This document shows, one piece after another, positions 10,097-22,046 of a stretch of 47,570 nucleotides of DNA. The stretch is taken from assembly GCA_964442035.1 (NCBI GenBank), contig CAYTWZ010000003.1, positions 1 through 47,570 on the forward strand, given 5' to 3'. A program made the position numbers and the translations under genes. This DNA is from an uncultured Oscillospiraceae bacterium. Lineage in GTDB: Bacteria > Bacillota > Clostridia > UMGS1883. The notes under the pieces are model-generated. The model was not told the origin of the DNA. It did no database searches and saw nothing but the letters and a program-made list of their open reading frames with translations. How positions within the stretch are numbered: position 1 is the first letter of the stretch; the number at the start of each line of letters is the position of its first letter.

Positions 10097-10110
10097 AATA
10101 GGCCTCACCT

Positions 10111-10866
10111 TCAAGCCTCAAGCGTCAGACAGATAGGCCCGTTTTCCGTAATCGCCACAGTGTTTTCGTAATGAGCCGCAAGACTTTTGTCGTTTGTCCT
10201 CACTGTCCAGCCGTCATGCTTATCGATATTGATATGATAATCACCTGCGGTGATCATGGGCTCAATAGCGATAACCATATTCCTGACAAGCCTTACTCCG
10301 TGGCCTGCCCGACCGAAATTCGGAACATCGGGAGCCTCATGAAGTTCTTTTCCCACGCCGTGACCCACAAGATCACGGACAACGCCAAAGCCGTTTTCCT
10401 CAGCAAGAGTCTGCACAGCGTAGCCAATGTCGCCCACTCGATTACCCACAACCGCCTTGCTGAGCCCCGCGAAAAAGCACTCGCGGGTCACATCAATAAG
10501 CTTCTGAGCTTCGGGGCTGACCTTTCCTACCGGGAATGTACGGGCAGCGTCGCTGTTATAGCCCTTGTATAAGGCGCCGGTGTCAATGCTCACAATATCC
10601 CCCTCCTTGAGTATCTCATGAGCTGAAGGGATACCATGAACAACAACATCGTTGATGGAAATACAGCAGCCGGCGGGAAAACCTCCATAACCCTTGAAAG
10701 AGGGCTTAGCATTGTGAGAAAGAATGACCTTTTCCACTTGAGCATTGAGTTCATAGGTAGACATACCCGGACGAATTATCTCGCCTGCTCTGGCCAGTGC
10801 CTCAGCGGTAATTCGTCCCGCATCGGCCATTTTTGCAATTTCAACTTTTGTCTTAATTATGATCAT
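10111..10866 (-). CDS. map: Type I methionine aminopeptidase
   Basis: Contains HGIPS, DIVSIDTGA, HGVGKELHE and IAIEPM metal-ligand motifs. Starts at MIIIKTKVEI, 1 nt after the adk stop. Confidence 0.92.
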   Translation of the reverse strand: MIIIKTKVEIAKMADAGRITAEALARAGEIIRPGMSTYELNAQVEKVILSHNAKPSFKGYGGFPAGCCISINDVVVHGIPSAHEILKEGDIVSIDTGALYKGYNSDAARTFPVGKVSPEAQKLIDVTRECFFAGLSKAVVGNRVGDIGYAVQTLAEENGFGVVRDLVGHGVGKELHEAPDVPNFGRAGHGVRLVRNMVIAIEPMITAGDYHINIDKHDGWTVRTNDKSLAAHYENTVAITENGPICLTLEA

Positions 10867-10867
10867 T

Positions 10868-11500
10868 TTACACTCCAAGAGCGTCAAAAACATTCTTTGT
10901 GGTGTCGCTCAGTTCGTCACAGCCCTTCGCGGTGCGAAGGAGACCCCGTTCTTCGTAAAATTTCTTAAGGGGTTCTGTCTGGGCGTGATAAACGTCCAGA
11001 CGCTGACGAATTGTTGCCGGGACATCGTCAGAGCGTGTGATGAGCTTTCCGCCACATTTATCGCACAAACCTTCCTGCTTTGGAGGATTAAACTTAATAT
11101 GGTATGGGGCGGCGCACCGGCTGCACTCGCGTCTGCCGCTGAGCCGTTCAACTATAGCATCGTCTTCCACCTCAATATTAAGGGCACAGTCAAGATCAAT
11201 ACCCATGCTTTCCATAGCCTCAGCCTGAGGAATAGTGCGAGGGAAGCCGTCAAGGATATAGCCCTTCTGACAGTCGGGCTCACTGATCCGCTCTTTTACC
11301 ATGGAAATGACAATATCATCAGGCACAAGCTTGCCCTCATTGATGTAGTCCTGTGCCGCCATGCCCAGAGCTGTCTTTTCACTGATGGCCTTTCTGATTA
11401 TAGCGCCTGTAGATATATGAGTTATTTCAAGCTTATCCCGAAGGATCTCAGCCTGAGTACCTTTTCCGCCGCCGGGAGGTCCCATGATTGTTATTTTCAT
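10868..11500 (-). CDS. adk: Adenylate kinase
   Basis: P-loop GPPGGGKGTQ and a Zn-lid with CSRC...CDKC. 210 aa. Confidence 0.95.
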   Translation of the reverse strand: MKITIMGPPGGGKGTQAEILRDKLEITHISTGAIIRKAISEKTALGMAAQDYINEGKLVPDDIVISMVKERISEPDCQKGYILDGFPRTIPQAEAMESMGIDLDCALNIEVEDDAIVERLSGRRECSRCAAPYHIKFNPPKQEGLCDKCGGKLITRSDDVPATIRQRLDVYHAQTEPLKKFYEERGLLRTAKGCDELSDTTKNVFDALGV

Positions 11501-11531
11501 TTTCGCACCCTCTCTTTTTAACGTCTATATT

Positions 11532-12857
11532 TTATTCCAAGAAACCCTTGTAATGACGCATGAGCATCTGGCTTTCGATCTGCTTTACCGTCTCAAGAGC
11601 AACACCTACAACGATGAGCAGGCTTGTGCCGGTAAGTGAGATTGCGCTGAGGTTGCTGAGCTTGGAGAATATCTCGCTGATTACAATAGGAAGAACCGCA
11701 ACTATACCCAAGAAGCAAGCGCCTACAAGAGTAATTCTTGAAAGCACCTTAGCGATGTAATCGCTGGTGGGCTTGCCGGGACGAAGTCCGGGCACCATGC
11801 CGTTGTTCTTTTTAATATTATTGGACACTTCGATAGGGTTGAAGGTGATGGATGTGTAAAAGTAAGTAAATCCAACAATCAACAGGAAGTATACCAAGGG
11901 ATAGAATACCTTGCTGACAATCCCGCCGCCTCCGGTGATGAACATAGCTACCTTATAAAGCGCACTGCTTGTATTGGATGAGAAAAGTGTTGCAAGGGTT
12001 GCGGGGAACGTCATGATGCTCATGGCAAAGATGATGGGAATAACGCCTGCCATAGCAACCTTGATGGGAATAAAGGTAGACTGGCCGCCATACATCTTGC
12101 GTCCTACAACGCGCTTTGCATACTGTACGGGAATTCTACGTTCAGCCTCATTTACAAGTACAACAAAGGCAATAGATGCAAGAATATAAACCAAAAGTAT
12201 AACAAGCATATACCACTCATTCTTTTCACCGGCCATGAAGGTGTTCCACGCACTTACAATCATTGTGGGAACACGGCTTACGATACCGGCAAAAATGAGC
12301 ATTGAAATGCCGTTGCCTATGCCCTTTCCGGTAATTTCCTCGCCCAGCCACATAAGGAATGCGGTACCGGCGGTAAAGGCAAGTATAATTGTTACCATTG
12401 TAAGCCAGTTGGGAATATTATTGCCGAAGCTGATAGCGCCTTTGCTCTTAAGTGTAATCGTAAGACCCCAAGCCTGAATGGCTGCCAAGACAACCGTCAT
12501 ATAACGGGTAATCTTAGTGATCTTTTTTCTGCCGTCTTCACCTTCCTTGGACATTCTCTCAAGAGCGGGAATGGCCACGCACAACAGCTGCATGATAATG
12601 GAGCTGTTGATATAGGGAGTGATGGACATAGCGAATATAGTCGCGCCGGACAAGCTGCCGCCGGAGAATGTGTCAAGCAAACTGAAAAGTGTGCTGCCGG
12701 AGCCGCTATTGGTGACCCAATCCTTTACAACAGCAGGATCAAGCCACGGAACAGGGATAACGCTCCCCAGACGGAATATAACCAAAAGGAATATTGTATA
12801 AAGAATCTTTTTTCTTAAATCGGGAATCTTCCACGCGTTACGAATAGTTTGGAGCAC
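11532..12857 (-). CDS. secY: Preprotein translocase subunit SecY
   Basis: 441 aa, 10-TM pattern, conserved position after rplO. GTG start with GGAGG 9 nt upstream. Confidence 0.95.
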   Translation of the reverse strand: MLQTIRNAWKIPDLRKKILYTIFLLVIFRLGSVIPVPWLDPAVVKDWVTNSGSGSTLFSLLDTFSGGSLSGATIFAMSITPYINSSIIMQLLCVAIPALERMSKEGEDGRKKITKITRYMTVVLAAIQAWGLTITLKSKGAISFGNNIPNWLTMVTIILAFTAGTAFLMWLGEEITGKGIGNGISMLIFAGIVSRVPTMIVSAWNTFMAGEKNEWYMLVILLVYILASIAFVVLVNEAERRIPVQYAKRVVGRKMYGGQSTFIPIKVAMAGVIPIIFAMSIMTFPATLATLFSSNTSSALYKVAMFITGGGGIVSKVFYPLVYFLLIVGFTYFYTSITFNPIEVSNNIKKNNGMVPGLRPGKPTSDYIAKVLSRITLVGACFLGIVAVLPIVISEIFSKLSNLSAISLTGTSLLIVVGVALETVKQIESQMLMRHYKGFLE

Positions 12858-12858
12858 T

Positions 12859-13299
12859 TTAAAGCACCTCCGCCTTACCGCCGGCCGCCGCTATCTTCTC
12901 TGCAGCACCCTTGGTAATTCTTGCGGCTTTGACTGTCACGCTCTTTGTAAGTTCACCTCTGCCGAGAATAACCACGCCATCCTGTACCTTGGAAATGACA
13001 CCGGCATCCTTAAGAGCTGCCGCATCAACTACCGCGCCGTTTTCAAAACGGTTAAGCTCTGAAACGTTGACCTCAACATACGATTTTGCAAAGATGTTTT
13101 TAAACCCTCTCTTGGGCAAACGTCTGTACAAAGGCATCTGACCGCCTTCAAATCCGGGTCTTACACCGCCGCCGCTACGGGCATTCTGGCCCTTGTGGCC
13201 ACGGCCGGCCGTCTTACCGTTGCCGCTTCCCGCACCTCTGCCCTTTCTCTTGCCTTCTGTTTTGCTTCCGGGAATGGGACTAAGCTCATAGAGTTTCAT
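12859..13299 (-). CDS. rplO: 50S ribosomal protein L15
   Basis: MKLYELSP...[19 protein letters not shown]. The ATG at 13299 is preceded by AAAGGAGGTG. Confidence 0.95.
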   Translation of the reverse strand: MKLYELSPIPGSKTEGKRKGRGAGSGNGKTAGRGHKGQNARSGGGVRPGFEGGQMPLYRRLPKRGFKNIFAKSYVEVNVSELNRFENGAVVDAAALKDAGVISKVQDGVVILGRGELTKSVTVKAARITKGAAEKIAAAGGKAEVL

Positions 13300-13313
13300 T
13301 TGCCACACCTCCT

Positions 13314-13493
13314 TTAGATTTCTTCAATTGTTATAAGGTGACTAACCTTATTGAGCATACCTCTGACCTGAGGTGTGTCATTCTGCTCTACGGAGTCACG
13401 AATCTTCTTTAATCCCAGAGCCTTAACTGTAGCTATCTGGTCGGCTTTGCGGCCGATTGTGCTTTTAACAAGTGTTATCTTAAGCTTTGCCAC
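13314..13493 (-). CDS. rpmD: 50S ribosomal protein L30 (below the ORF-track size cut-off)
   Basis: Hand translation gives (GTG)[62 protein letters not shown] is AAGGAGGAG, and the gene sits between rpsE and rplO. Confidence 0.9.
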   Translation of the reverse strand: MAKLKITLVKSTIGRKADQIATVKALGLKKIRDSVEQNDTPQVRGMLNKVSHLITIEEI

Positions 13494-13507
13494 GTTAAAT
13501 CTCCTCC

Positions 13508-14026
13508 TTACAGTTCTTCAACAGCCTTACCTCTGAGCTGTGCCACTTCTTCGGCATTTTTCAGAGAGCCAAGGCCCTGCATGGTTGCGCGGACAACATT
13601 GGTGGGATTGTTGCTGCGAAGGCACTTTGTACGAATGTTCTTGATGCCTGCCGCTTCCATAACCGCACGTACGCTACCGCCGGCGATAACGCCGGTACCT
13701 TCCTTAGCGGGCATGATGAGTACCCGGCCTGCGCCGAATTCACCGATAACCTCATGAGGAATAGTATCATCAACAAGGGGGACGGAAATCATATTCTTCT
13801 TTGCGTCCTCAATACCCTTGCGGATCGCGTCCGGAACTTCTGCCGCCTTACCAAGACCGCAGCCTACCTTGCCCTTGCCGTCACCTACGACTACCAATGC
13901 ACTGAAACGCATTGTACGGCCGCCCTTTACGGTTTTCGCAACGCGGTTAAGTCTTACGACCTTCTCTATGAGGTCCATTTCAGACGCGTTGTTTCTACGA
14001 TCGTTACGCTCATTACGCTCTGCCAT
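13508..14026 (-). CDS. rpsE: 30S ribosomal protein S5
   Basis: The real start is MAERNERND..., with GAAGGAGGAAGG upstream. Contains [23 protein letters not shown]. Confidence 0.95.
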   Translation of the reverse strand: MAERNERNDRRNNASEMDLIEKVVRLNRVAKTVKGGRTMRFSALVVVGDGKGKVGCGLGKAAEVPDAIRKGIEDAKKNMISVPLVDDTIPHEVIGEFGAGRVLIMPAKEGTGVIAGGSVRAVMEAAGIKNIRTKCLRSNNPTNVVRATMQGLGSLKNAEEVAQLRGKAVEEL

Positions 14027-14045
14027 TTGTTTCCTTCCTCCTTCC

Positions 14046-14402
14046 TTAGAATTCAAGGCCGCCTTCACGGGCGCCTTCCGCAAGAGCCGCGACTCTGCCG
14101 TGGTAGAGGTAACCGCTACGGTCAAAAACGACCTCGCTTATGCCTGCTGCCTTGGCCTTTTCAGCCACCGCCTTGCCTACCTTTTTGGCTGCTTCAATGT
14201 TTCCGCCGTATTCTTCCTTAAGCTCAAGGGAAGAAGCGGATACAAGTGTTGCACCCTTTTCATCATCAATGATTTGGGCATATATATTGTTAAGGCTTCT
14301 GAATACGTTGAGACGGGGACGCTGAGCTGTACCGACAATCTTATTGCGTATGCGGCGATGTCTCTTCAGTCTCGCCTTATTACTGTTGGGCTTACTAATC
14401 AT
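14046..14402 (-). CDS. rplR: 50S ribosomal protein L18
   Basis: 118 aa, contains [15 protein letters not shown]...RPRLNVFRS. Confidence 0.95.
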   Translation of the reverse strand: MISKPNSNKARLKRHRRIRNKIVGTAQRPRLNVFRSLNNIYAQIIDDEKGATLVSASSLELKEEYGGNIEAAKKVGKAVAEKAKAAGISEVVFDRSGYLYHGRVAALAEGAREGGLEF

Positions 14403-14419
14403 CTCGCCAATCTCCTCTC

Positions 14420-14968
14420 TTATTTCTTAGCCTTACCGGCCTTGCCTTCCTTGCGGATTATGCGCTCGGAGACATATTTAATACCCTTGCCCTTGTAAGG
14501 CTCGGGGCCTCTCTTCTCGCGAATTTCAGCGGCAACCTGGCCGACTACCTGCTTATCTGCGCCCTTAACAATGATGCTTGTCTGAGAGGGGCATTCAATC
14601 GTGATGCCTTCAACGGGAGCATATTCAACATTATGAGAGTATCCAAGGTTAAGCACAAGAGTCTTCCCCTGCATCTGAGCACGGTAGCCTACGCCGTTGA
14701 TCTCAAGCTCCTTTTTGAAGCCGGTTGTCACACCCTCAACCATGTTGTGAAGAAGGCTGCGTGTAAGGCCGTGAAGGCTTTTGTGAGCTTTGTCTTCGCT
14801 TGGGCGGGAAACCGTGATAACACCGGCCTCCTGTTTTATAATCATATCACCGTGAAGCTGTTTGGTGAGGGTTCCGTTGGGGCCCTTGACCGTAACAACA
14901 TTGCCATCGGCAACTTCAACAGTTACTCCGGCTGGTACGGTGATAGGCATTCTTCCTATTCTTGACAT
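14420..14968 (-). CDS. rplF: 50S ribosomal protein L6
   Basis: [19 protein letters not shown], 182 aa. Confidence 0.95.
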   Translation of the reverse strand: MSRIGRMPITVPAGVTVEVADGNVVTVKGPNGTLTKQLHGDMIIKQEAGVITVSRPSEDKAHKSLHGLTRSLLHNMVEGVTTGFKKELEINGVGYRAQMQGKTLVLNLGYSHNVEYAPVEGITIECPSQTSIIVKGADKQVVGQVAAEIREKRGPEPYKGKGIKYVSERIIRKEGKAGKAKK

Positions 14969-14992
14969 ATTTTCACCACCTAATTCCTTATA

Positions 14993-15391
14993 CTACCATA
15001 CGATAGCAAGAACTTCACCGCCGACCTTCTCCGCTCTTGCTTTCTTATCCGTCATAACGCCCTTGGACGTTGATACGATTGCTACGCCAAGTCCCTTAAG
15101 AACATAGGGAATTTCATCCTTGCCGGCATAAACTCTGAGACCGGGCTTGGAAACCCTCTTAAGTCCGGAAAGGACCTTCTCATTGTTTTTGCCATACTTA
15201 AGAACGATATGAATAGTTCCCTGTGTGCCGTCCTCCACTACTTCATAACTCTTGATATAGCCCTCATCCAGAAGAATCTGGGCAATAGCCTTTTTCATGT
15301 TGGAAGCAGGAACATCAACTGCTTTATGCTTCGCGGAATTGGCGTTACGAATTCTTGTAAGCATATCCGCGATAGGATCTGTGATTTGCAT
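14993..15391 (-). CDS. rpsH: 30S ribosomal protein S8
   Basis: [22 protein letters not shown], with RBS AAAGGAGG. The ORF-track extension is spurious. Confidence 0.95.
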   Translation of the reverse strand: MQITDPIADMLTRIRNANSAKHKAVDVPASNMKKAIAQILLDEGYIKSYEVVEDGTQGTIHIVLKYGKNNEKVLSGLKRVSKPGLRVYAGKDEIPYVLKGLGVAIVSTSKGVMTDKKARAEKVGGEVLAIVW

Positions 15392-15422
15392 GAGTAAACC
15401 TCCTTTTCCAAAAGCTTTATTT

Positions 15423-15608
15423 TTACCAGCTTGCCTTCTTAACGCCGGGAATCTGACCTTTGTATGCCAATTCTCTGAAGCAGATACGGCAAACACCGTA
15501 CTTGCGGAGATATGCGTGGGGTCTGCCGCAGATCCTGCACCTGTTGTAAGCACGGGTACTGTACTTAGGAGCGCGGCTCTGTTTCAATACCATTGATTTC
15601 TTTGCCAT
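15423..15608 (-). CDS. rpsZ: 30S ribosomal protein S14, type Z (zinc-binding)
   Basis: 61 aa with CRICGRPH...CRIC. Confidence 0.95.
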   Translation of the reverse strand: MAKKSMVLKQSRAPKYSTRAYNRCRICGRPHAYLRKYGVCRICFRELAYKGQIPGVKKASW

Positions 15609-15622
15609 TGTCTCTTACCTCC

Positions 15623-16165
15623 TTAGCTTCTGGTAAATGGTGCGCCGAGAAGCGTGAGCAGCTCCCGGGCCTCTTCATCTGTGTTAGCTGTGGTAACGAA
15701 TATTATATCCATGCCTCTGATCTTGTCGATCTTGTCATAGTCAATTTCGGGGAATATAAGCTGCTCCTTAATGCCCAGAGAATAGTTGCCGCGGCCATCG
15801 AAAGCGTTGGGATTAATTCCACGGAAGTCACGTACGCGGGGAAGAGCTACGTTAAAAAGTCTGTCGATGAATTCGTACATCTTCTCACCGCGAAGAGTAA
15901 CCTTGACGCCGATGTTCATACCCTGGCGTATTTTGAAATTGGCGACGCTCTTCTTTGCCTTTGTTACTACAGGCTTCTGACCTGTGATCTTGGCAAGATC
16001 GCCGGCAGCTGCATCAATTACCTTGGGATTATCCTTGGCTTCGCCCAGTCCAATATTTACAACGATCTTTTCGATCTTTGGGATCTGCATAGTGCTCTTA
16101 TAGGCGAACTTCTTAAAAAGAGCAGGTGCAACTTCGTTCTGATATAAGGTTTTTATAGTAGACAT
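15623..16165 (-). CDS. rplE: 50S ribosomal protein L5
   Basis: About 180 aa, contains [11 protein letters not shown]. The ATG at 16165 has AAAGGAG 10 nt upstream. Confidence 0.93.
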   Translation of the reverse strand: MSTIKTLYQNEVAPALFKKFAYKSTMQIPKIEKIVVNIGLGEAKDNPKVIDAAAGDLAKITGQKPVVTKAKKSVANFKIRQGMNIGVKVTLRGEKMYEFIDRLFNVALPRVRDFRGINPNAFDGRGNYSLGIKEQLIFPEIDYDKIDKIRGMDIIFVTTANTDEEARELLTLLGAPFTRS

Positions 16166-16185
16166 ATGCACTTATCTCCTTTCAA

Positions 16186-16512
16186 TTATTTCTCAAAGGT
16201 TTCGCCGCACTTCTTGCAGACACGGACCTTGGTACCGTCGCTCAGGATAACGTGGCCAAGCCTAGTTGGCTTATGGCACTTATCGCAAACGTGCATTACG
16301 TTGGCAGCGCTGATAGGCGCTTCCTGATGAATGATGCCTCCGATATCTCCCTGACTGCGGGGCTTCTTGTGCTTGGTAGCCATGTTGACGCCTTCTACAA
16401 CAACGCGGTTCTTCTCCGCATCAACACTGAGGACCTTGCCCTTCTTGCCCTCATCATCACCGGTTATTACCATTACGGTGTCATTCTTCTTAATGTGAAT
16501 GTTCTTGCTCAT
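16186..16512 (-). CDS. rplX: 50S ribosomal protein L24
   Basis: MSKNIHIKKNDTVMVITGDDEGKKGKVL (KOW motif). GGGAGG lies 7 nt upstream of the ATG at 16512. Confidence 0.93.
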   Translation of the reverse strand: MSKNIHIKKNDTVMVITGDDEGKKGKVLSVDAEKNRVVVEGVNMATKHKKPRSQGDIGGIIHQEAPISAANVMHVCDKCHKPTRLGHVILSDGTKVRVCKKCGETFEK

Positions 16513-16526
16513 TACCATACCTCCCA

Positions 16527-16895
16527 TTAGAGAACCTCGGGTGCAAGGGAGAGTATCTTCATGTATTCATGGTCTCTCAACTCTCTCGCAACCGGTCCAA
16601 ATATACGGGTGCCTCTGGGGTTTTTATCGTCTCTGATGATGACAGCGGCGTTTTCATCGAACTTGATGTAGGTACCGTCAGCGCGGCGCACACCCTTCTG
16701 GCTGCGCACGATAACTGCCTTTACAACATCGCCCTTTTTGACCATGCCACCGGGGGCTGCTTTCTTGACGGAAGCAACTATAACATCACCAATATTGCCA
16801 TATCTTCTGAGGGAGCCGCCCAGCACGCGGATACACATAAGCTCTTTCGCGCCTGTGTTGTCGGCAACCTTTAACAGAGTCTGCTGTTGGATCAT
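16527..16895 (-). CDS. rplN: 50S ribosomal protein L14
   Basis: [28 protein letters not shown], 122 aa. Confidence 0.96.
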   Translation of the reverse strand: MIQQQTLLKVADNTGAKELMCIRVLGGSLRRYGNIGDVIVASVKKAAPGGMVKKGDVVKAVIVRSQKGVRRADGTYIKFDENAAVIIRDDKNPRGTRIFGPVARELRDHEYMKILSLAPEVL

Positions 16896-16928
16896 GTATT
16901 ATTCACTCCTTCTTAACTTAGAAAAGGA

Positions 16929-17186
16929 TTACTTCGCCTTCTCTACGGTTTCTACAAATCTCCATCTCTTATCGTGGCTGAGAGGACGAGTTTCCATAAC
17001 CTTTACGCGGTCGCCTACGCCGCAGGTGTTGTTTTCGTCATGTGCCTTTATCTTTACGGTTCTCTTAACAACCTTACCATAGAGAGGGTGCTTAACGCTG
17101 TCTTCGATTGCTACAACGATGGTCTTGTCCATCTTGTTGCTTACTACTCTGCCGATTCTTACCTTACGATAATTTCTTTCGGACAT
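16929..17186 (-). CDS. rpsQ: 30S ribosomal protein S17
   Basis: 85 aa, contains [14 protein letters not shown]...HDENN. Confidence 0.95.
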   Translation of the reverse strand: MSERNYRKVRIGRVVSNKMDKTIVVAIEDSVKHPLYGKVVKRTVKIKAHDENNTCGVGDRVKVMETRPLSHDKRWRFVETVEKAK

Positions 17187-17207
17187 TACATTTCCTCCTT
17201 CCTATGC

Positions 17208-17408
17208 TTACTGCTGCTTACTGAGTTCTTTTTCGCGGATAATCGTGTTGACTTTGGCAATATCCTTTTTTGTAGCGCAAATACGCATAGGATTGTCAAG
17301 CTGATTAGTCGCATGCTGGAACCTCAGGTTGAACAGTTCTTTCTTAAGGTCTGCAAGCTTAACCTGTAACTCTTCAGGACTCATATCACGGATCTCGTTA
17401 ATTTTCAT
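17208..17408 (-). CDS. rpmC: 50S ribosomal protein L29
   Basis: [31 protein letters not shown]. The start overlaps the rplP stop. Confidence 0.93.
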   Translation of the reverse strand: MKINEIRDMSPEELQVKLADLKKELFNLRFQHATNQLDNPMRICATKKDIAKVNTIIREKELSKQQ

Positions 17409-17838
17409 TAGCTTCAGCCTCCGTTTCCTCTTTTTCACGGGCAACGAACTTACACTTTATAGGAAGCTTGTGCATTGCGAGACGAAGCGCCTCACGGGCT
17501 ACATCTTCAGCTACGCCGCCGATTTCAAACATTACTCTGCCGGGTTTTACAACCGCTACCCAATATTCGGGAGATCCCTTACCGCTACCCATTCGGGTCT
17601 CAGCGGGTTTCTCTGTGATAGGCTTGTCAGGGAATATCTTTATCCATACCTGACCGCCACGCTTTGTATAACGTGTCATGGCAATACGGGCAGCCTCGAT
17701 CTGGTTGCTTGTGATCCAAGCGGGTTCCAGAGCCTGAAGACCGAACTCACCGTATGTCACCTTGTTTCCGCTGAGGGCCTTACCGGTCATACGTCCGCGG
17801 AACTGCTTTCTGTGCTTAACTCTTTTGGGCATTAACAT
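17398..17838 (-). CDS. rplP: 50S ribosomal protein L16
   Basis: [17 protein letters not shown], 146 aa. Confidence 0.96.
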   Translation of the reverse strand: MLMPKRVKHRKQFRGRMTGKALSGNKVTYGEFGLQALEPAWITSNQIEAARIAMTRYTKRGGQVWIKIFPDKPITEKPAETRMGSGKGSPEYWVAVVKPGRVMFEIGGVAEDVAREALRLAMHKLPIKCKFVAREKEETEAEANEN

Positions 17839-18503
17839 TATTTACGTCCCCCTTCCTGAGTCTTTCTTTTGCTCTCGGGAAGAATTTCGCCCTTGTATAT
17901 CCAAACCTTGCAACCGATCTTGCCATAGGTGGTGTTTGCCTCGGCAAAGCCGTAGTCAATATCCGCACGGAGGGTCTGCAGGGGGATTGTACCTTCGTGG
18001 TACTGCTCAACTCTCGCGATCTCAGCGCCGCCGAGACGACCGGAGCACATTGTCTTGATACCCTTTGCGCCAAAACGCATGCTTCCGCGCATTGCGCCCT
18101 TCATAGCGCGGCGGAAGGATATACGCTTTTCAAGCTGAGCTGCAATACCCTCAGCTACAAGCTGAGCGTTAAGCTCGGGCTGCTTGATCTCGGCAATATT
18201 AATATACACCTGCTTATCGGTAAGCTTGCTGACCTCAGCCTTAAGCTTCTCGATATTCTCGCCCTTGGGGCCGATAACAAGGCCGGGCTTTGCGGTGTGT
18301 ACGGTGATGCGCAGTGTGTTTGCCTTCTTTTCGATTTCTATTCTGGAAACGCCTACGCTGTAAAGCTTCTTCTTGAGGTATTCACGGATCTTGTGATCTT
18401 CTACCAGATTGTCACCGAATGTGCTGTCGTCAGCGTACCATCTGGAGTCCCAATCCTTGATAATACCTATTCTCATACCATGGGGATTAACTTTCTGACC
18501 CAT
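17838..18503 (-). CDS. rpsC: 30S ribosomal protein S3
   Basis: [24 protein letters not shown], 221 aa. Confidence 0.96.
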   Translation of the reverse strand: MGQKVNPHGMRIGIIKDWDSRWYADDSTFGDNLVEDHKIREYLKKKLYSVGVSRIEIEKKANTLRITVHTAKPGLVIGPKGENIEKLKAEVSKLTDKQVYINIAEIKQPELNAQLVAEGIAAQLEKRISFRRAMKGAMRGSMRFGAKGIKTMCSGRLGGAEIARVEQYHEGTIPLQTLRADIDYGFAEANTTYGKIGCKVWIYKGEILPESKRKTQEGGRK

Positions 18504-18517
18504 AAGTCGCGCCTCCT

Positions 18518-18865
18518 TTACTCTTTCTCTTTTACAACGATTGTAATGTGACTTGTTCTCTTCATTATGCGAAATGCCCGCCCCTGAGCTCTTGGACGAA
18601 TTCTCTTGAGAGTAGGACCTTCGTTTGCATAAATCTCAGATATATAAAGGTTATCGCTGCTCATGCCAAAGTTGTTTTCGGCATTGGCAACGGCGCTGCC
18701 AAGGAGCTTGATGAGAAGTTCGCTTGCTGCCTTGGGGGTGTTGTAAAGAATACCCATAGCTTCGCCAACGCTCTTATTTCTGATAAGATCATTTACAATG
18801 TTGACTTTTCGGGGAGAAATGCGCGCATAGCGCAAAACTGCCCTGGCTTCTTTCTTAGCCTCCAT
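18518..18865 (-). CDS. rplV: 50S ribosomal protein L22
   Basis: 115 aa, contains [20 protein letters not shown]. Confidence 0.95.
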   Translation of the reverse strand: MEAKKEARAVLRYARISPRKVNIVNDLIRNKSVGEAMGILYNTPKAASELLIKLLGSAVANAENNFGMSSDNLYISEIYANEGPTLKRIRPRAQGRAFRIMKRTSHITIVVKEKE

Positions 18866-18894
18866 GTGTTTGTCCTCCTTACTTTAATTAGCCC

Positions 18895-19167
18895 TTACTT
18901 AGAGCTCTTTGCGCCCTGATGGCCTCTGTAGGTTCTTGTGGGAGCGAATTCGCCCAGCTTGTGCCCTACCATGTCCTCAGTAACATATACCGGAACATGC
19001 TTGCGTCCGTCATGAACAGCGATTGTGTGGCCAACGAATTCAGGGAATATAGTGGAGCTGCGGGACCATGTTTTAAGGACTCTCTTTTCGCCCGCTTCAT
19101 TCATTGCTTCTACTCTTGCCAAAAGCTTAGGTTCCACGAAGGGACCTTTCTTCAAAGATCTGCTCAT
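18895..19167 (-). CDS. rpsS: 30S ribosomal protein S19
   Basis: [16 protein letters not shown]...[16 protein letters not shown]. Confidence 0.96.
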   Translation of the reverse strand: MSRSLKKGPFVEPKLLARVEAMNEAGEKRVLKTWSRSSTIFPEFVGHTIAVHDGRKHVPVYVTEDMVGHKLGEFAPTRTYRGHQGAKSSK

Positions 19168-19192
19168 ACTTTCATTCCTTTCTTAATGCGGC

Positions 19193-20026
19193 TTACTTCT
19201 GCTTGCGGCTCTTAACGATAAACTTGTTGGAAGCCTTCTTGTGTTTACGCGTCTTAAGTCCGAGAGCAGGCTTACCCCAAGGAGTAACGGGAGAAGGCAT
19301 ACCAACCGGTGACTTACCTTCACCACCGCCGTGGGGATGGTCGTTGGGATTCATTACAACGCCGCGGACAGTGGGTCTCCAGCCCATATGTCTCTTTCTG
19401 CCGGCGCTGCCCAGAGAAATGTTTTCGTGATCCAGGTTGCCTACCTGGCCTATAGTAGCCATACATACAAGGCTTATCATACGAACCTCGCCGCTTGGAA
19501 GACGAACCTGAGCATACCCGTTTTCCTTGGCCATCAGCTGAGCGCTGGCGCCTGCCGCACGGACAAGCTGAGCGCCCTTGCCGGGCTGAAGCTCGATGTT
19601 GTGGATAATTGTACCTACCGGGATAGAAGCAAGAGGAAGAGCGTTGCCGCTGCGGATATCAGCGTACTCGCCGGTCTCGATAACGTCGTTTACCTTAAGG
19701 CCGTTGGGAGCGATAATGTATCTCTTCTCGCCGTCCTCATACTGAACGAGGGCGATATTGGCGCTTCTGTTTGGATCGTACTCTATAGCGATAACATTGG
19801 CCTTAACGCCTGTCTTGTCGCGTTTGAAGTCAATGACCCTGTATTTTCTTTTAACTCCGCCGCCGCGATGACGAACGGTGATCCTGCCGTAAGAGTTCCT
19901 GCCGGCGTTAGACTTAAGGGGTTCCAAAAGGGAACGCTCCGGAGTAGTCTTTGTGATTTCCTCAAAGGTGGAGACAGTCATCTGTCTGCGAGCAGGAGAG
20001 GTGGGTTTATACTTCTTTATTGCCAT
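19193..20026 (-). CDS. rplB: 50S ribosomal protein L2
   Basis: 277 aa, contains [14 protein letters not shown] and [13 protein letters not shown]. Confidence 0.96.
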   Translation of the reverse strand: MAIKKYKPTSPARRQMTVSTFEEITKTTPERSLLEPLKSNAGRNSYGRITVRHRGGGVKRKYRVIDFKRDKTGVKANVIAIEYDPNRSANIALVQYEDGEKRYIIAPNGLKVNDVIETGEYADIRSGNALPLASIPVGTIIHNIELQPGKGAQLVRAAGASAQLMAKENGYAQVRLPSGEVRMISLVCMATIGQVGNLDHENISLGSAGRKRHMGWRPTVRGVVMNPNDHPHGGGEGKSPVGMPSPVTPWGKPALGLKTRKHKKASNKFIVKSRKQK

Positions 20027-20046
20027 CTGTGTTCACTCCTTCTCTA

Positions 20047-20337
20047 TTACATTAAGCCGTCAAAGAACTCAATTGTCTTGCTGTTTTCAGTGAGCTTAAC
20101 GATTGCTTTCTTCCAGTCGGGTCTTTTGCCGGAGTTAGCGCCCATGCGCTTGATCTTGCCAAGCATACGCATGGTTGTAACCTTTTCAACCTTTACGCCG
20201 AAGATTTCCTCTACAGCGTTTTTTATTTCGATTTTATTAGCGTCCTTAGCCACCTCAAAGGTGTATTTTCTGTCTGCCATCTGATCCATGGAATGTTCGG
20301 TGATAATGGGGCGCTTTACTACATCATAGGAATTCAT
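20047..20337 (-). CDS. rplW: 50S ribosomal protein L23
   Basis: 96 aa with an L23 fold sequence, between rplD and rplB. Confidence 0.93.
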   Translation of the reverse strand: MNSYDVVKRPIITEHSMDQMADRKYTFEVAKDANKIEIKNAVEEIFGVKVEKVTTMRMLGKIKRMGANSGKRPDWKKAIVKLTENSKTIEFFDGLM

Positions 20338-20960
20338 TATGCGTACACCTCCTCAAGCTTGGTAAGGGCTTCCTTGGCGAGAATAAGCTTGTCGTGAGCA
20401 AGTATGGAGTAAACGTTGAGCATTCCGACATAGGAGGCGTCAACGCCCTCAATGTTTCTTGCGGAAAGATAAACATTCTTTTCCATATCCGCTGTTACGA
20501 TAAGGGCCTTCTCGCTTACACCCATTCCCTTGAGCATAGCAACGATTGTCTTTGTCTTAGCCTCGTCCATGCTCAGACCCTCAACAACGAAAACCTCGTT
20601 TTCCTCGGCCTTGCTGCTGAGTGCGCTCACCATGGCGAGCTTCTTGACCTTCTTATTAAGGCTGTAGGAGTAGTCTCTGGGCTTGGGGCCTAAAGCTACG
20701 CCGCCCTTGACCCACTGAGGAGCCCTTGTGGAGCCCTGTCTTGCACGGCCCGTGCCCTTCTGTCTGAAAGGCTTCTTACCGCCGCCCTTGACCTCCGTGC
20801 GGGTCTTGGTACTCTGGGTACCTTGTCTCTGGTTGGCAAGATAGTTCACAACGCTGTCGTGAAGCACGCCCTTATTTACCTCGGCGCCGAAAACCGTTGC
20901 GTTAAGCTCGATTTCGCCAACCTTGCCGCCCTGCATATTATATAATACCGCTGTAGGCAT
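20337..20960 (-). CDS. rplD: 50S ribosomal protein L4
   Basis: 207 aa, contains [26 protein letters not shown]. Confidence 0.95.
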   Translation of the reverse strand: MPTAVLYNMQGGKVGEIELNATVFGAEVNKGVLHDSVVNYLANQRQGTQSTKTRTEVKGGGKKPFRQKGTGRARQGSTRAPQWVKGGVALGPKPRDYSYSLNKKVKKLAMVSALSSKAEENEVFVVEGLSMDEAKTKTIVAMLKGMGVSEKALIVTADMEKNVYLSARNIEGVDASYVGMLNVYSILAHDKLILAKEALTKLEEVYA

Positions 20961-20989
20961 TTATAAGCATCTCCTTTCCGTATTAGGCC

Positions 20990-21622
20990 TTATGCCTTTA
21001 CTGTATTCTTAAGTGTCACGATACCGCCCTTTGGACCGGGAACCGCGCCTCTCACGAGGATAAGGTTTCTCTCGGTGTCAACTCTTACAACGTCAAGATT
21101 TTGAACGGTCACCTTCTCGACACCCATATGTCCGGGAAGCTTCTTGCCCTTCATAACTCTTGAGGGAGTAGAGCACGCGCCCATAGAACCGGAATGACGG
21201 TGTACGGGGCCTGTACCGTGGGTTTCCTTAAGACGGTGCGTGCCGAAACGCTTGATGGTACCCGCGTAGCCTTTACCCTTGCTTACGCCTGTAACATCTA
21301 CCTTGTCGCCCTGAGCGAAAACGTCGCACTTGATCTCGTCGCCTACATTAAGGCCGCTGATATCATCAAGACGCAGTTCCTTAAGTACCTTGCGCACGCT
21401 TACGCCGGCCTTTTTGAAATGTCCCATTTCGGCCTTGTTGGAGCGGTTCTCCTTCTTTTCGCCGAAACCCACCTGAACTGCCTCATAGCCGTCAATCTCA
21501 ATGGTTTTCTTCTGAACGACGGGGCAGGGGCCGGCTTCGATAACAGTAACGGGAATTACCTTGCCGGTGGCGTCAAAAATCTGAGTCATACCGATTTTCT
21601 TGCCAATGATTGCCTTCTGCAT
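20990..21622 (-). CDS. rplC: 50S ribosomal protein L3
   Basis: [17 protein letters not shown] and [10 protein letters not shown], 210 aa. Confidence 0.95.
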   Translation of the reverse strand: MQKAIIGKKIGMTQIFDATGKVIPVTVIEAGPCPVVQKKTIEIDGYEAVQVGFGEKKENRSNKAEMGHFKKAGVSVRKVLKELRLDDISGLNVGDEIKCDVFAQGDKVDVTGVSKGKGYAGTIKRFGTHRLKETHGTGPVHRHSGSMGACSTPSRVMKGKKLPGHMGVEKVTVQNLDVVRVDTERNLILVRGAVPGPKGGIVTLKNTVKA

Positions 21623-21716
21623 AAATTTGTCCTCCTTATATGGTTATTGGTTGACCTTGGGCCAACATTACCTGTAAGTCCGCCCGTAGGCGAAAACTTA
21701 ACACCAAAACAGTGTT

Positions 21717-22046
21717 TTACTTGTTGTTCTTGTCGATAAGCTTAACATCAATGCTTACGCCGGCTGGAACATCAAGCTTGCCAAGCGCTTCCATTGTCTT
21801 GGGCGTTGGGCTGAGAATGTCGATCAATCTCTTATGAGTTCTCTGCTCGAACTGCTCGCGGCTGTCCTTATATTTGTGGACGGCGCGAAGGATCGTAACA
21901 ACTTCCTTCTCTGTGGGAAGGGGAATAGGGCCGGATACTGTAGAACCTGTTCTCTTAGCTGTTTCCACAATTTTTTCTGCGGACTGGTCAAGAAGAACGT
22001 GATCGTAACCCTTAAGCCTGATTCTCATTTTTTGCTTTGCTGCCAT
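21717..22046 (-). CDS. rpsJ: 30S ribosomal protein S10
   Basis: [29 protein letters not shown], 109 aa, RBS AGGAGG. First gene of the super-operon. Confidence 0.95.
   Translation of the reverse strand: MAAKQKMRIRLKGYDHVLLDQSAEKIVETAKRTGSTVSGPIPLPTEKEVVTILRAVHKYKDSREQFEQRTHKRLIDILSPTPKTMEALGKLDVPAGVSIDVKLIDKNNK

Noticed and set aside
13508-15553. N-terminally extended ORF-track versions of rpsE (205 aa) and rpsH (186 aa)
   Set aside because: The extensions run through the upstream genes' 3' ends and lack an RBS. Internal ATGs with perfect Shine-Dalgarno sequences give the canonical protein N-termini.
19331-20284. 317-aa plus-strand ORF antisense to rplB and rplW
   Set aside because: It lies entirely inside highly conserved ribosomal protein genes on the other strand. 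It has no RBS and a low-complexity composition, as expected of a shadow ORF.
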